DNA of 64,000 nt from Rhynchobatus australiae (lineage: Eukaryota), in NCBI GenBank assembly GCA_034780895.1, contig JAUZTB010000065.1:26115150-26179149 (forward strand), read 5' to 3'. Of the stretch, positions 55,201 through 64,000 are shown in pieces (positions within the stretch are counted from its first letter, which is position 1; every line of letters begins with the position of its first letter). Under the pieces are notes generated by a model that made no database searches, was not told the DNA's origin, and saw nothing but the letters and a program-made list of their open reading frames with translations. The position numbers were made by a program, and so were the translations under genes.

Positions 55201-56802
55201 CAGTACTTATTACATTCTCAAGATTGTTTTTGCAGATGATGAATAATTTAAGCAGATATTCATTTTTATTTCATGGGCAAACACAAAAATTAATTTGCAC
55301 ACAGCCAACTGCTATTAACAGGTTATTTAAAAAAAAATGTATTATTTTTTTGGATCTGGGCATTGCTGGCGAGGTCAGTATTTACTGACCAACTTTAATC
55401 ATTCTGATAAACTGGTGATGAACTGCCCTCTAAAATTACTGCACTCCTTCTGATGAATGTAATCACACACTGCTGTTAAGAGTAGCAGCTTGGAGATTTA
55501 GATCCAATGATGTTGAAGGAACAGCTATGCATTTCCAAGTCATGATTGCCTGCAACTTGGAGGGGAACATGGTGGTGTGCCCATGACCTGAAACCCTCAT
55601 CCTTTTAAGTGATAGATATCCTGAGGTTTGGAAGACAAGATCACAAAGTACCCCAGGTGAATAACTAACACATTTTGTAGATGTTACTCACTGCACGCTG
55701 ATGGTGGAGGGAATGAATGTTATGGTGGACAGTATACCAAAGCAGGCTCCTTTGCCCTAGGGAGTGTTGAGCTTCTTGAACATTTCTGGGGATGCACTCA
55801 GTTAAGCAAGTAGAGAGTATATCATTGAACAGATNNNNNNNNNNNNNNNNNNNNNNNNNNNNNNNNNNNNNNNNNNNNNNNNNNNNNNNNNNNNNNNNNN
55901 NNNNNNNNNNNNNNNNNNNNNNNNNNNNNNNNNNNNNNNNNNNNNNNNNNNNNNNNNNNNNNNNNNNNNNNNNNNNNNNNNNNNNNNNNNNNNNNNNNNN
56001 NNNNNNNNNNNNNNNNNNNNNNNNNNNNNNNNNNNNNNNNNNNNNNNNNNNNNNNNNNNNNNNNNNNNNNNNNNNNNNNNNNNNNNNNNNNNNNNNNNNN
56101 NNNNNNNNNNNNNNNNNNNNNNNNNNNNNNNNNNNNNNNNNNNNNNNNNNNNNNNNNNNNNNNNNNNNNNNNNNNNNNNNNNNNNNNNNNNNNNNNNNNN
56201 NNNNNNNNNNNNNNNNNNNNNNNNNNNNNNNNNNNNNNNNNNNNNNNNNNNNNNNNNNNNNNNNNNNNNNNNNNNNNNNNNNNNNNNNNNNNNNNNNNNN
56301 NNNNNNNNNNNNNNNNNNNNNNNNNNNNNNNNNNNNNNNNNNNNNNNNNNNNNNNNNNNNNNNNNNNNNNNNNNNNNNNNNNNNNNNNNNNNNNNNNNNN
56401 NNNNNNNNNNNNNNNNNNNNNNNNNNNNNNNNNNNNNNNNNNNNNNNNNNNNNNNNNNNNNNNNNNNNNNNNNNNNNNNNNNNNNNNNNNNNNNNNNNNN
56501 NNNNNNNNNNNNNNNNNNNNNNNNNNNNNNNNNNNNNNNNNNNNNNNNNNNNNNNNNNNNNNNNNNNNNNNNNNNNNNNNNNNNNNNNNNNNNNNNNNNN
56601 NNNNNNNNNNNNNNNNNNNNNNNNNNNNNNNNNNNNNNNNNNNNNNNNNNNNNNNNNNNNNNNNNNNNNNNNNNNNNNNNNNNNNNNNNNNNNNNNNNNN
56701 NNNNNNNNNNNNNNNNNNNNNNNNNNNNNNNNNNNNNNNNNNNNNNNNNNNNNNNNNNNNNNNNNNNNNNNNNNNNNACTCACGCGCACACTCACACACA
56801 CA

Positions 56803-56878
<76 letters not shown>

Positions 56879-59800
56879 TGAAACTCCTTGCCAGTAATGG
56901 TAGAAAAGTGCATTGTGTTTTTTTTAAACCTGCTACACATCTTTTAAATAGCACAGAGGACTGTTGACTAATCTTGTGTCTGTAGGGTGCACTGCTTCAT
57001 GGCATGACTGCTGGATTTCAGAAGACCCACAAGGTGCATTGTATAAGCGTTTAAAAATTCAGCATCAACTTGCGGACCAGTGTAGATATACTACTAGAAA
57101 CTAAATGAAATTCTGAAGGAGAGAGGGACAACACTCATGAGTTAGTTTCAGCAACAGTGCAATTGAGGGTGTTGAATCTGGTAAACAAAAGCTGTTGAGC
57201 TGTTTCACAAGAAAGCCCTGCAGCATGAACTCTGCCACACCCTTCCCAGTTTAACAAGTATTTGCCAGAGGTTCTGAAAATGATTTGTGATGTACTACAA
57301 CTGTAAGACACTACATTTGATCAAAACCCTATTCTAGCCATGAATATCCTGTTTACATTATTTAACGATGAGAAAAATGGGAGGGATACAGGAATAGCTA
57401 ACATGGAAATTATGCAAGTGTGTAACTCCCTCTCAAGCAACACTGCTTAAAAGTCTCTGAACATTAAAAAGTCAAGGTCTAATGTGTTACGACTGTTCAC
57501 TGTTTCTGCAAGTTACATGAAGCTCTTCTGTAATCTGAAATCTACTTACCTTGATCTATGAGATACAAGTGCATGACCCCGCCACTTTTAAGACTGTGAT
57601 AAAGGATGGTGTTAACTCTGCTTTTAAGGAGACTGGATTTTGTCATCCATGATCATACCTTATTTAAATATTGATTATCATGCATATATTTTAAATATGC
57701 ACTTTTCTTAAAAGGTACCAGAACAAGAGCATGAATTTAGTAATTTTATTAGCTAACTACGTACATGTTGTGATTTCAATTTAGCTGCCCTTAGTGATTG
57801 AAAGTTGATGCATCTGAAGATTTAACAACCAAAACTAATATTGCCACTTAAAAACGGTAAAACATTGAATTACCCAAAAATTGAAAATTTCAAGCCATTT
57901 ATGTACAACTCAACACATTAGTCAGTTGAAATAATATTTAGCAACATAATGAAGATGTTATCATTCCTAAACAGTTAACCGAAGAAGAAAAATACAAATA
58001 AATCACTTACAATGTTCTGTTTCTTCTGCAGCTCCTCTAAATGCTCAATGATGCTCTCGTCAGCCAAGTCGAAAGGAGTCTGTCCCTGGAAATATGATGC
58101 GGATAACCTCACACAAGGTACCAGTTAAGTCAAATAATTTGAAGTGTTAATACAAAGAATTATGTCTGCAGTTTTCACGTAGCTCGTGAAGGTGCCAGTA
58201 GGAAAATGAAAGTGCTGAAGAATAAACATTTCCTCACTGAAAAGGATAACAGGTGGACAAGGCAGCACCTGATGCTCAAGAATGTCCTTGTGCTGGGTAC
58301 ATTCCTAGCAGATTCCTGCAGAGTTATTGGTTTGAATAAAGATTTGCATTTCAATGGGCTAAAGCTTGCTGCCAATTATGAAGTCTGCATGTATAGAAAA
58401 AAATTCACATTACGTGATGCAGACTTCCTAGTACGGTCTGAAACCTAAATGCAGAAGCCGTAAAGAGCAGCAAAACCATGAGCGATGTTATAATGTAACA
58501 TGGGTGGGCCTGAACCACCCCCAACCAAGAAACAGATGAGAAGACTGTCAATCAAGCCTACTGCAAGGCTTTTGTTTCTGTCAAAGCTGCCACTCAGGAG
58601 CCTTTAAAATCAATTATACACAGAACGGTACAGCTAAGCAGCACTTTATTCAGTTCGCGTTCCAGGCATCTATATCTCAAATCTCCATTAAACTTTTCCC
58701 CACTCACCTTAAAACCATTCCCTTTAGTATTTGACATTTCCACCCTGGGAAAAGACCCATCACCTTCCCTTTCCATGCCTCACATAATTTTATACACTTC
58801 TATCAGGTCACCCTTCACCCTACAACACTCCAGAGAAAACAAATCCAAGTTTGTTCAACCTCTCCTTGTAGCTGGTACACGAATCCAGGTGACATCCTGG
58901 TGAACCATGTCTGCACCCTCTCCAAAGCCTTCCTATAGTGTGATGACCAGAATTGTATACAATACTCCAAATGTAGACAAACCACCTTTTTTTTAAATAA
59001 GTATACAGCTGTAACATAACTTACCAACATTTATACTCAGTGCTCTGACTGAGGGCAAGCATGCTGTATGCCTTTNNNNNNNNNNNNNNNNNNNNNNGCC
59101 ACTTTCAAGGAGTGATCACAAGGATCCTGCTATTCCCTTTTCTCCCATTTTCTGAATTATCCCTGTTGCTCTTCTTAAATTAAAAGAACAACACTAGCTA
59201 TTTTTGAATCTTCTGGGACTTCATCCATGGCTAAAGATGATATGAAGATCTCTGTCAATGCCTCAGAAGTCTCTTCCCTTGCCTCCCTCATTAGCCCGGC
59301 ATAGATTCTATCAGGCTCTGGCAATGTATTCATCTTAATATTTTTCAAAAGACCCAACACTATCTCCCACGCAAATTCAACATTCCTGTCCCTGAATTCA
59401 CCACCAACCATGATCTTCTTGGTAAATACTGGATATAAAGTACTCATTAAGGACCTTGCCACTTCCTCTGGCTCCATGTATAAATTCTCTCCTTGATCCT
59501 TGAGTGGACCTACCCTTTCCCTAGCTTTCCTCTTGCTGAGAACAAATATAAAATGCCTTAGGATTCTCCTTAATCCTACTTGCTGAGGAGATTTCCCCAT
59601 TTAGCCCTCTTAACTACTGAAGCTGTTAAACTTATTGAAAAATTAAAATCCACAAACAGCATAAAACTTGAAGTAAACAGGGCTGAAGTTTTAAGTTAGC
59701 TTTCTCCCTCAGAGCCATTCCCAACCATTCAAATGGCACTGATTGCTGTGCTTGGCACAGGCTCAGCCAGCAGACTGACCAGTTTAAGTGCTGGGAAACT

Positions 59801-62078
59801 GGGAAAGTTCAAGCTCTGCATCTGGACTTTGTGCATCACCACAAGTGGGGCCTGCCATCAAGAAAGGTCAGTCCACCTAAATTTGCATGGATGCTCCAAA
59901 CATTTGTAATGCAGGGTAACAGCTTGACACAGATGTTGGCAGTTCCTAACACATTCTGGCATTCCAATGAAATTTAAGCAATGTTTCCACCCCCCAACTA
60001 GAACGTGTATGGCTTATAAAAGTTCCCTGAATAGCAAAGGATATTATTCAGTAACTAGACCACCCAGATTCAATCTGTGGTAGCACAGAAAAGGAATCCA
60101 TCACCAAATAATCTGAATGGATATTTTAAAATAATGTTTCTTCTTAGCTTGTCTAAGAGTTCAGTATCTGGCATGAAATAAATTTCAACAGACTTAATCC
60201 ACGTCGAAATAAATATCAATTCACATTTTCCGAGATACTAAAAAGTAAATTTATAAATGACAGCAGAGTAGCAAAATAGGTTATCAGACACAACTGACCA
60301 CTTTGTTAACAGCATCCATGTCAGAAAAATTCTCAATAAGGATTCTACAGGCTTCCTCTTTGCACCAGTGAGCAGCAGCATGAAGTGGTGTCCAGCCATC
60401 ATTGTCCTTGATATTTACATCATATCCGGCCTGAATTAGGAGCCTTGAAAAATAAAACCAGAAATATCAAAATCAACTTTAGCTTCTTGTGCCTTCCTCT
60501 CCCATTGCCAATTTTTCTCCATTTTCTCACTTTGGCCTTCTGAAAGTGAAACTCTAATACCTGTGGGCAGTAACATACCTTCATAATGGAAATGGAAAAA
60601 CCTGTATAGACTAATCAGGTCAGGCTGCATCTGTGAAGAGAGGAATACTTAGTGTTTCAGAGAGAGGAGCAATCTTTCAGGTCATCAGCTTGAAACATTG
60701 ACCATTGTTTCTCTCTCCATTCATGCTTCTTGACCTGGCTATTTCAAGCAGAGAAACAAGGCAGTAGCAGGATTAGGTCATTCAATCCTGCTCCATTATT
60801 CAATATAATCATGGCTGATCCTCTACCTTAATATCATATTGCCATTGTCTGCCCATACTCCCGGATGCCTTTTACATCTAGAAATTTATCTTCTTAAAAA
60901 TAGTATGTGTGAGGAAATTTCTTGTCTCAGTTTCAATTCTTTTGCCCTGAAATCTGAGACTATGGCCCCTTGTTCTAGACACCTCAAAGGGAAACATCCT
61001 CATCACATCCAGTCTGTCTTATCCTATCTAAAATTTTGTAGGTTTCAATTAGATCCCCTCTCATTTTTATATGCTCCATTAAATGCAAATCTAGTCAATT
61101 TAATCTTTCCATATATGGTTGTCCTGCACTTTGCTCTTTGCACAATTTGAAAGAACTTGACCATTTTCCTTTTAAAGTACATTCAGTGCCACTCACAGTG
61201 ATATTCTTTGTGTACAGAGGCTGGAAATCAGTTTGAATTCCAAGAGGTATGCACTGATGAACAGAGTCATATCCATATCAAAGCAGGATATACACTCCCT
61301 TACAGTGGTGCAGAAATAAATGGCAACACTACTCCAGAAGAAAATATCTTGCACAATGAACATTTTATATTTGACTCAGCCATAGCTATCCCCCACAATA
61401 AAATACGGAAAAATGTTCAAATGGAGAATATGGTAACCATGCATTTTGCAGGAAAATAGTTGTGCCAAAAAAACAAACAAATTAGTATTTAGTTCTGCAA
61501 TTACAGATGGAATCACTGAGCTCAATGAAATCTTTGCACTCTTCTCCAATGACTCGTATAGTCNNNNNNNNNNNNNNNNNNNNNNNNNNNNNNNNNNNNN
61601 NNNNNNNNNNNNNNNNNNNNNNNNNNNNNNNNNNNNNNNNNNNNNNNNNNNNNNNNNNNNNNNNNNNNNNNNNNNNNNNNGATTACAAACTAATGACCTA
61701 TGAAAAGGTGCGTGTTGGTACATTAGACAGACATCAACATGCACAAAGTGACCCCATATCTTCCAGTTTGTCACCTCACTGTAATACTGGCATGTAAACT
61801 TTGGCAAAACCAAACATGGGAAAAGCTGCAGAAAACATCAATAGAAAATGACAAAGCATTAACATTAGTACAATTATCTGTGTAATTCATGGTATTTTGT
61901 CATCTTTCAATAACTTACTTTAAAACCTCCAAATAGCCTTTTGCAGCAGCCACATGGAGAGCCGTACCTCCTGACTTAGTATTTCTTACATCCTCTATTT
62001 TGCCACTATTCAACCATTGCCTGGCATCCTGTAGCATTCTGTGTTCCTCTTCTTTCCTTGCTGCTTCAACATCGATTC
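16173..62078 (-). CDS. PPP1R12B: Myosin phosphatase targeting subunit 2 (PP1 regulatory subunit 12B), partial spliced gene span with 14 coding exons in the window
   Basis: Exons join in consistent phase into an MYPT-family protein: ankyrin repeats, acidic tract, WRLGLRKTGS, RSYLTPVRDEEAE...RRSTQGVTLTDL, RRSTGVSYW. MYPT2-type residues as recalled: MLQDARQWLNSGKIEDVR, GQTPFD..EHLE, DEEAES, RQARQTRR, TFSRSRAER, ASPSTS, KEM. Confidence 0.88.
17828..17949 (-). CDS. PPP1R12B: PPP1R12B exon ~17 (122 bp): GGSEKVNEDDKDSNERQLSIRERRRPREKRRSTGVSYWTQD, containing the MYPT1 T853-equivalent Thr (codon 17852-17854)
   Basis: Acceptor aaaaag|GT, donor GAT|gtcagt; conserved SIRERRRP..RRSTG motif; phase 1 to 0. 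Confidence 0.95.
18420..18720 (-). mobile_element. Penelope-like terminal repeat fragment with an intact hammerhead core
   Basis: Family motif cagcaggtcaggcagcatctgtgga; the minus strand reads cagttCTGATGAagggtcatggacctGAAAc. Confidence 0.65.
19683..19869 (-). CDS. PPP1R12B: PPP1R12B exon ~16 (187 bp): SGYRQSRHTSQSDSPTVPLASPSTSDTFLYASIQQNQLNGIIDQVPSYLSHTRILSKEMETN
   Basis: Strong polypyrimidine acceptor ttttcttttctctttgtaaccag|, donor G|gtaata; open frame, phase 0 to 1; ASPSTS..LY and KEM resemble MYPT2. Confidence 0.88.
21561..21730 (-). mobile_element. L1/Tx1-type LINE ORF2 C-terminal fragment
   Basis: LAFISLIARRAVLLKWKETIPPTH resembles fish L1/Tx1 C-termini. Confidence 0.6.
22342..24547 (-). 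mobile_element. Degenerate, 5'-truncated Penelope-like retroelement (RT, GIY-YIG endonuclease, terminal repeat with hammerhead-like motif)
   Basis: Frameshifted fragments: RT LLPKIHKPNCP.KPIISAC, MGIQSLYTSI, AMGTHMGP, LPFLDL, YKPTGSHSYL.Y.SSHP; endonuclease VIYCIW..WCGLLYIGKT and GDRF.RH. Confidence 0.9.
24581..24778 (-). CDS. PPP1R12B: PPP1R12B exon ~15 (198 bp): GVTLTDLQEAEKTFSRSRAERRAREQQEKDEKEKQDVEKQDEKEKPLISHDVEDYRQRWSRNQERE
   Basis: Acceptor aattag|GGT, donor GAG|gtattt; phase 0 to 0. Confidence 0.95.
25740..25840 (+). mobile_element. Ancient Deu-domain SINE fragment
   Basis: ttactgttggtggaactttgctgtgcacaaattatctgtcatgtttgcc resembles the recalled DeuSINE core; related pieces occur near 36660, 38500 and 40770. 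Confidence 0.45.
30466..31000 (+). mobile_element. Rex1/Babar-like LINE 3' fragment
   Basis: TLTNFYRCTVESI, followed by degenerate WYGN / LQRVV / LPSGRRYRSL coding remnants. Confidence 0.7.
31975..32628 (-). mobile_element. Truncated Penelope-like element, 3' portion (same family as 22342-24547)
   Basis: GDSFILHL...LPVASHFNSTSHS...EEQHLI, and terminal sequence similar to 22342-23050. Confidence 0.85.
35989..36079 (-). CDS. PPP1R12B: PPP1R12B exon ~14 (91 bp): (R)SYLTPVRDEEAESQRKARSRQARQTRRSTQ, containing the inhibitory Thr equivalent to MYPT1 T696 (codon 35992-35994)
   Basis: Acceptor tttcag|G, donor CAG|gtcagt; highly conserved MYPT inhibitory domain. Confidence 0.97.
39307..39748. repeat. 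Imperfect inverted repeat, arms 39307-39398 and 39657-39748, spacer ~260 bp
   Basis: Blocks atacccatgtgct, tttcagagttttcttc, gaagagatcacttca and ttgaccca recur reverse-complemented and in order. Confidence 0.85.
39830..40010 (+). mobile_element. Degenerate V-domain SINE
   Basis: gtgtagagtttgtaccttctctctgtgatc...ggatttcctctgggtgttctggtttcctcc. Confidence 0.65.
41630..41830 (-). mobile_element. CR1-type RT fragment
   Basis: The reverse complement encodes a degenerate SKF.DDTKLGGI.DSEEG RT-core motif. Confidence 0.6.
43117..43318 (-). pseudogene. Disabled 'central insert' cassette exon of PPP1R12B (202 bp, with in-frame stops and a frameshift)
   Basis: Acceptor tttccag|T and donor CAG|gtaaga. 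Spliced to exon ~12 it reads SASLGK*KDDVNSSSISVIPITTSVIAVTTATFLPPAVGQQPS*, resembling MYPT1 SCSFGRRQDDLISSS. The length is not a multiple of 3. Confidence 0.7.
45090..45236 (-). CDS. PPP1R12B: PPP1R12B exon ~12 (147 bp): ESAASLxRSGSYTRRPWRDDLKDANQVGSEGGMSVNVSTANTTPLYQR
   Basis: Acceptor tcaaag|G, donor AG|gtgagc; RSGSYTR motif; phase 2 to 2; contains 3 N bases. Confidence 0.92.
45975..46295 (+). mobile_element. Rex1/Babar-like LINE 3' tail ending just beside the exon ~11 donor
   Basis: ccgtcaggcagaagataaaaagc (PSGRR-like) and the tail gcttttcactgtatcttgatgcacatgacaataataaacc. Confidence 0.6.
46319..46413 (-). CDS. PPP1R12B: PPP1R12B exon ~11 (95 bp): DKDTKTRLVYVAPTIPGRRLHSTSDIEEKEN(R)
   Basis: Acceptor attcag|GAC, donor AG|gtaagt; conserved STSDIEEKENR. 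Confidence 0.95.
47386..47598 (-). CDS. PPP1R12B: PPP1R12B exon ~10 (213 bp): IISPFIKSASKDEEGKDESPASWRLGLRKTGSHDALTEISSSQTLKEKDSFGIIRSASSPRLSTIFDNREK
   Basis: Acceptor ttacag|ATT, donor AAG|gtgcat; conserved WRLGLRKTGS and RSASSPRL motifs. Confidence 0.95.
49974..50074 (-). CDS. PPP1R12B: PPP1R12B exon ~9 (~101 bp, first 9 nt are N): ...SINSKLNSSISHLSTTGQSTRYTAPTTTRK
   Basis: Donor AAG|gtaaaa and an open Ser/Thr-rich frame. A 101-bp length from the ag at 50075-50076 satisfies the required phase 1 to 0. The 5' end is obscured by a 9-N gap. Confidence 0.75.
52572..52726 (-). CDS. PPP1R12B: PPP1R12B exon ~8 (155 bp), acidic/Ser tract: KDSLLSEEEKEAKRKSLEREKVDEESKKDESSSSSSEEDDDASDSESEIDA
   Basis: Acceptor ttgcag|T, donor G|gtaagc; phase 2 to 1. 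Confidence 0.92.
55021..55100 (-). CDS. PPP1R12B: PPP1R12B exon ~7 (80 bp): LRTEKRAVRSTLIESTVNCKLQPKHL(S)
   Basis: Acceptor tttttaatag|CTT, donor AG|gtactt; resembles the MYPT L(H/R)SEK...LIES segment; phase 0 to 2. Confidence 0.9.
56779..56876 (+). repeat. (CA)n microsatellite adjoining an assembly gap
   Basis: Directly visible CA run. Confidence 0.97.
58011..58085 (-). CDS. PPP1R12B: PPP1R12B exon ~6 (75 bp): GQTPFDLADESIIEHLEELQKKQNI
   Basis: Acceptor ttccag|GGA, donor ATT|gtaagt; phase 0 to 0. Confidence 0.95.
58610..59600 (-). mobile_element. CR1-type LINE ORF2 fragments
   Basis: HLEYCIQFWS.HYRK.LERVQ..FTRM, TKGNGFKVSGEKF.GDLR, and KRKARERVGPLKDQGENL...PEPDRIY. Confidence 0.8.
60299..60443 (-). 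CDS. PPP1R12B: PPP1R12B exon ~5 (145 bp), ankyrin repeat: LLIQAGYDVNIKDNDGWTPLHAAAHWCKEEACRILIENFSDMDAVNKV
   Basis: Acceptor ttcaag|G, donor GTG|gtcagt; contains the GWTPLH ankyrin motif; phase 2 to 0. Confidence 0.95.
61919..62078 (-). CDS. PPP1R12B: PPP1R12B exon ~4 (160 bp), ankyrin region: GIDVEAARKEEEHRMLQDARQWLNSGKIEDVRNTKSGGTALHVAAAKGYLEVLK
   Basis: Acceptor ctatag|GA, donor AA|gtaagt; lies within ORF 61915..62205(-). Confidence 0.95.
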
Positions 62079-64000
62079 CTATAGAGGAAGAATGCTGAAG
62101 TTTGAGTAAAACGTACTTTGAGAAAATACAGCGATAAAGTGCTAATCCAAATACAAAATGCAGCATTTTATAATTCTGCATATTTGGTGCAGTACCCTGT
62201 TGCATTGTTTAGTCTTTATTCCTCAACAGTTAAATAATTATTTCTCCCCCACCCTCCCCAATACATGAATATTTTATCCTAGCTTTTTAAATTCTGTCCA
62301 TCAAGACACTAAAATACCTAAGGCAGCAGGAAGCAACAATGCCTCTTCTTAATTTGTTTCTGAATACTCACTAGATTATCTGTGCTAGCATATAAACTAA
62401 TGACCATTATTAGTTGATGTGCTAGCAATTAATGTATCACCACAGAGCAATTGCACATCAGTCATATTAGCAAAAAGGGGCTTATAAAAAGCTTTATAAC
62501 ACAGCGTCAACCCTCAGTTCTTCCCATCTTCCCCTCCCCCCCCCCCCGCCCCCTTCATTACATATAGGTTCGTGTGTAGGGAACATGAGAAATGTTTAAA
62601 GGACTGTAGGCAACTGCTTGAAAGATCCAAGGAATTTTAATCAAAAGGAAGATTTTGCCAAGTTCAGATATTTGCTCTCAAGAAAGGGAAAACATACTTT
62701 GTCATAAATCCACCAAAGTCCAACCTCCAATTTTACACCATTGTTCAGAAGACCATTTACTGCAGAGGAACATTCATTTGCCACTGTTTGGTGAGAAATA
62801 AATAGCTACAATGATATAGCAGAGCAGGGAGTTGCGTTAGATGTTTTTGCAGTAAATTGGATGTTAAAGTTAGAACTGCGCAAAAGATATTTACTGATTT
62901 CCTAATGCGAGTTTCAGTTCATTGGACAAACTGAAAAATAATAGCTGAAGCAGAAAACCTGGAATTCCTCGGCCACCAGTACACAAATTTATGGATAATC
63001 TTTTCCTTCTTCTCCCATTATAGAGCGAATAATTTGTAGAGAAGTTGTGTAAACCATCTATTTGGTTTTTGACATCAGGACACTACTCCACAAGGTTAAC
63101 CTTTACAGTATTTTTAAATATAAAAGTGTATGTGCTGCCTTTCCATGGAATATTTAAGTCAGTCAGGTGTTATGGAAAGTGATGCTGTTATGGGTATGTA
63201 GGACACAAGTGCCATGTGTGGTTCTACCTTGCTGTTAGACTAGAAAGTATACACTATTTTTCCAAAGCTTCTACATCCTGCAGATATTATTGTAGTTATA
63301 GTAAGCTGTCTGGTATAATACAATATGCACCTCAAACACAGTACATGGGGAAATAGTTGAGGGCTGGGGGAAGCAAAAAAAAACAAAAAAATTGACAATT
63401 CGAGATCCAAACAACCAATGATGGTTTTCCCTAAAACAAACCCTCTAAGTTTAAACAATTGGTCCCCAAAAGTACTGGCACTAAAATGTTACTTTAAAAG
63501 CAAAACTCACATGGTGATAGAATTCAACAAAACTGTTTCTTTTAAATAAAAGAGTGAAAACAAAGCATAATCTGATATTGTTAAATTTTATTTGTATGAA
63601 TAGGAAAGCAATTATAGGCATACCAAAGTAAAGACAGAAAATATTAGGAACACACAGCATGTGATGCAGCATTTAAACAAGAATCTTTGTCAAAATTTTG
63701 GATCAAAAGANNNNNNNNNNNNNNNNNNNNNNNNNNNNNNNNNNNNNNNNNNNNNNNNNNNNNNNNNNNNNNNNNNNNNNNNNNNNNNNNNNNNNNNNNN
63801 NNNNNNNNNNNNNNNNNNNNNNNNNNNNNNNNNNNNNNNNNNNNNNNNNNNNNNNNNNNNNNNNNNNNNNNNNNNNNNNNNNNNNNNNNNNNNNNNNNNN
63901 NNNNNNNNNNNNNNNNNNNNNNNNNNNNNNNNNNNNNNNNNNNNNNNNNNNNNNNNNNNNNNNNNNNNNNNNTCCACAGAAGCACCTCAAGAGGGCAGTC

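Noticed and set aside
55665-56967. Long ORFs of 370-430 aa in the ORF track
   Set aside because: Composed of N-gap residues and (CA)n translations; the same applies to all the other X-rich ORFs.
1-64000. CRISPR arrays, prokaryotic operons or intact autonomous element ORFs
   Set aside because: None seen. The sequence is a spliced vertebrate gene with decayed retroelements.

Overview
This is vertebrate genomic DNA from a draft assembly with many N gaps. The repeat content (V-domain tRNA SINEs, CR1-type LINEs, Penelope-like elements) suggests a cartilaginous fish, which is an inference. Most of the window is the interior of one minus-strand gene, the myosin phosphatase targeting subunit PPP1R12B/MYPT2. 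I reconstructed 14 coding exons by hand (62078 down to 16173), with GT-AG boundaries (one acceptor inferred next to a small gap) and consistent phases. They run from the ankyrin repeats through the inhibitory RRSTQ and RRSTG phosphosites. The 5' exons and the C-terminal exons lie outside the window. The introns carry decayed retroelements. Points worth a second look: a splice-competent but stop- and frameshift-disabled 'central insert' exon; one expected exon that cannot be found; a mix of MYPT1-like and MYPT2-like residues; candidate exons for the small M20/M21 subunits; hammerhead-ribozyme motifs in Penelope-like termini; an exon-to-RT read-through ORF; and an unexplained ~92-bp inverted repeat. 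I found no convincing wholly new biological system. Exon numbers are approximate, by analogy to human PPP1R12B, and protein comparisons are from memory, not database searches.
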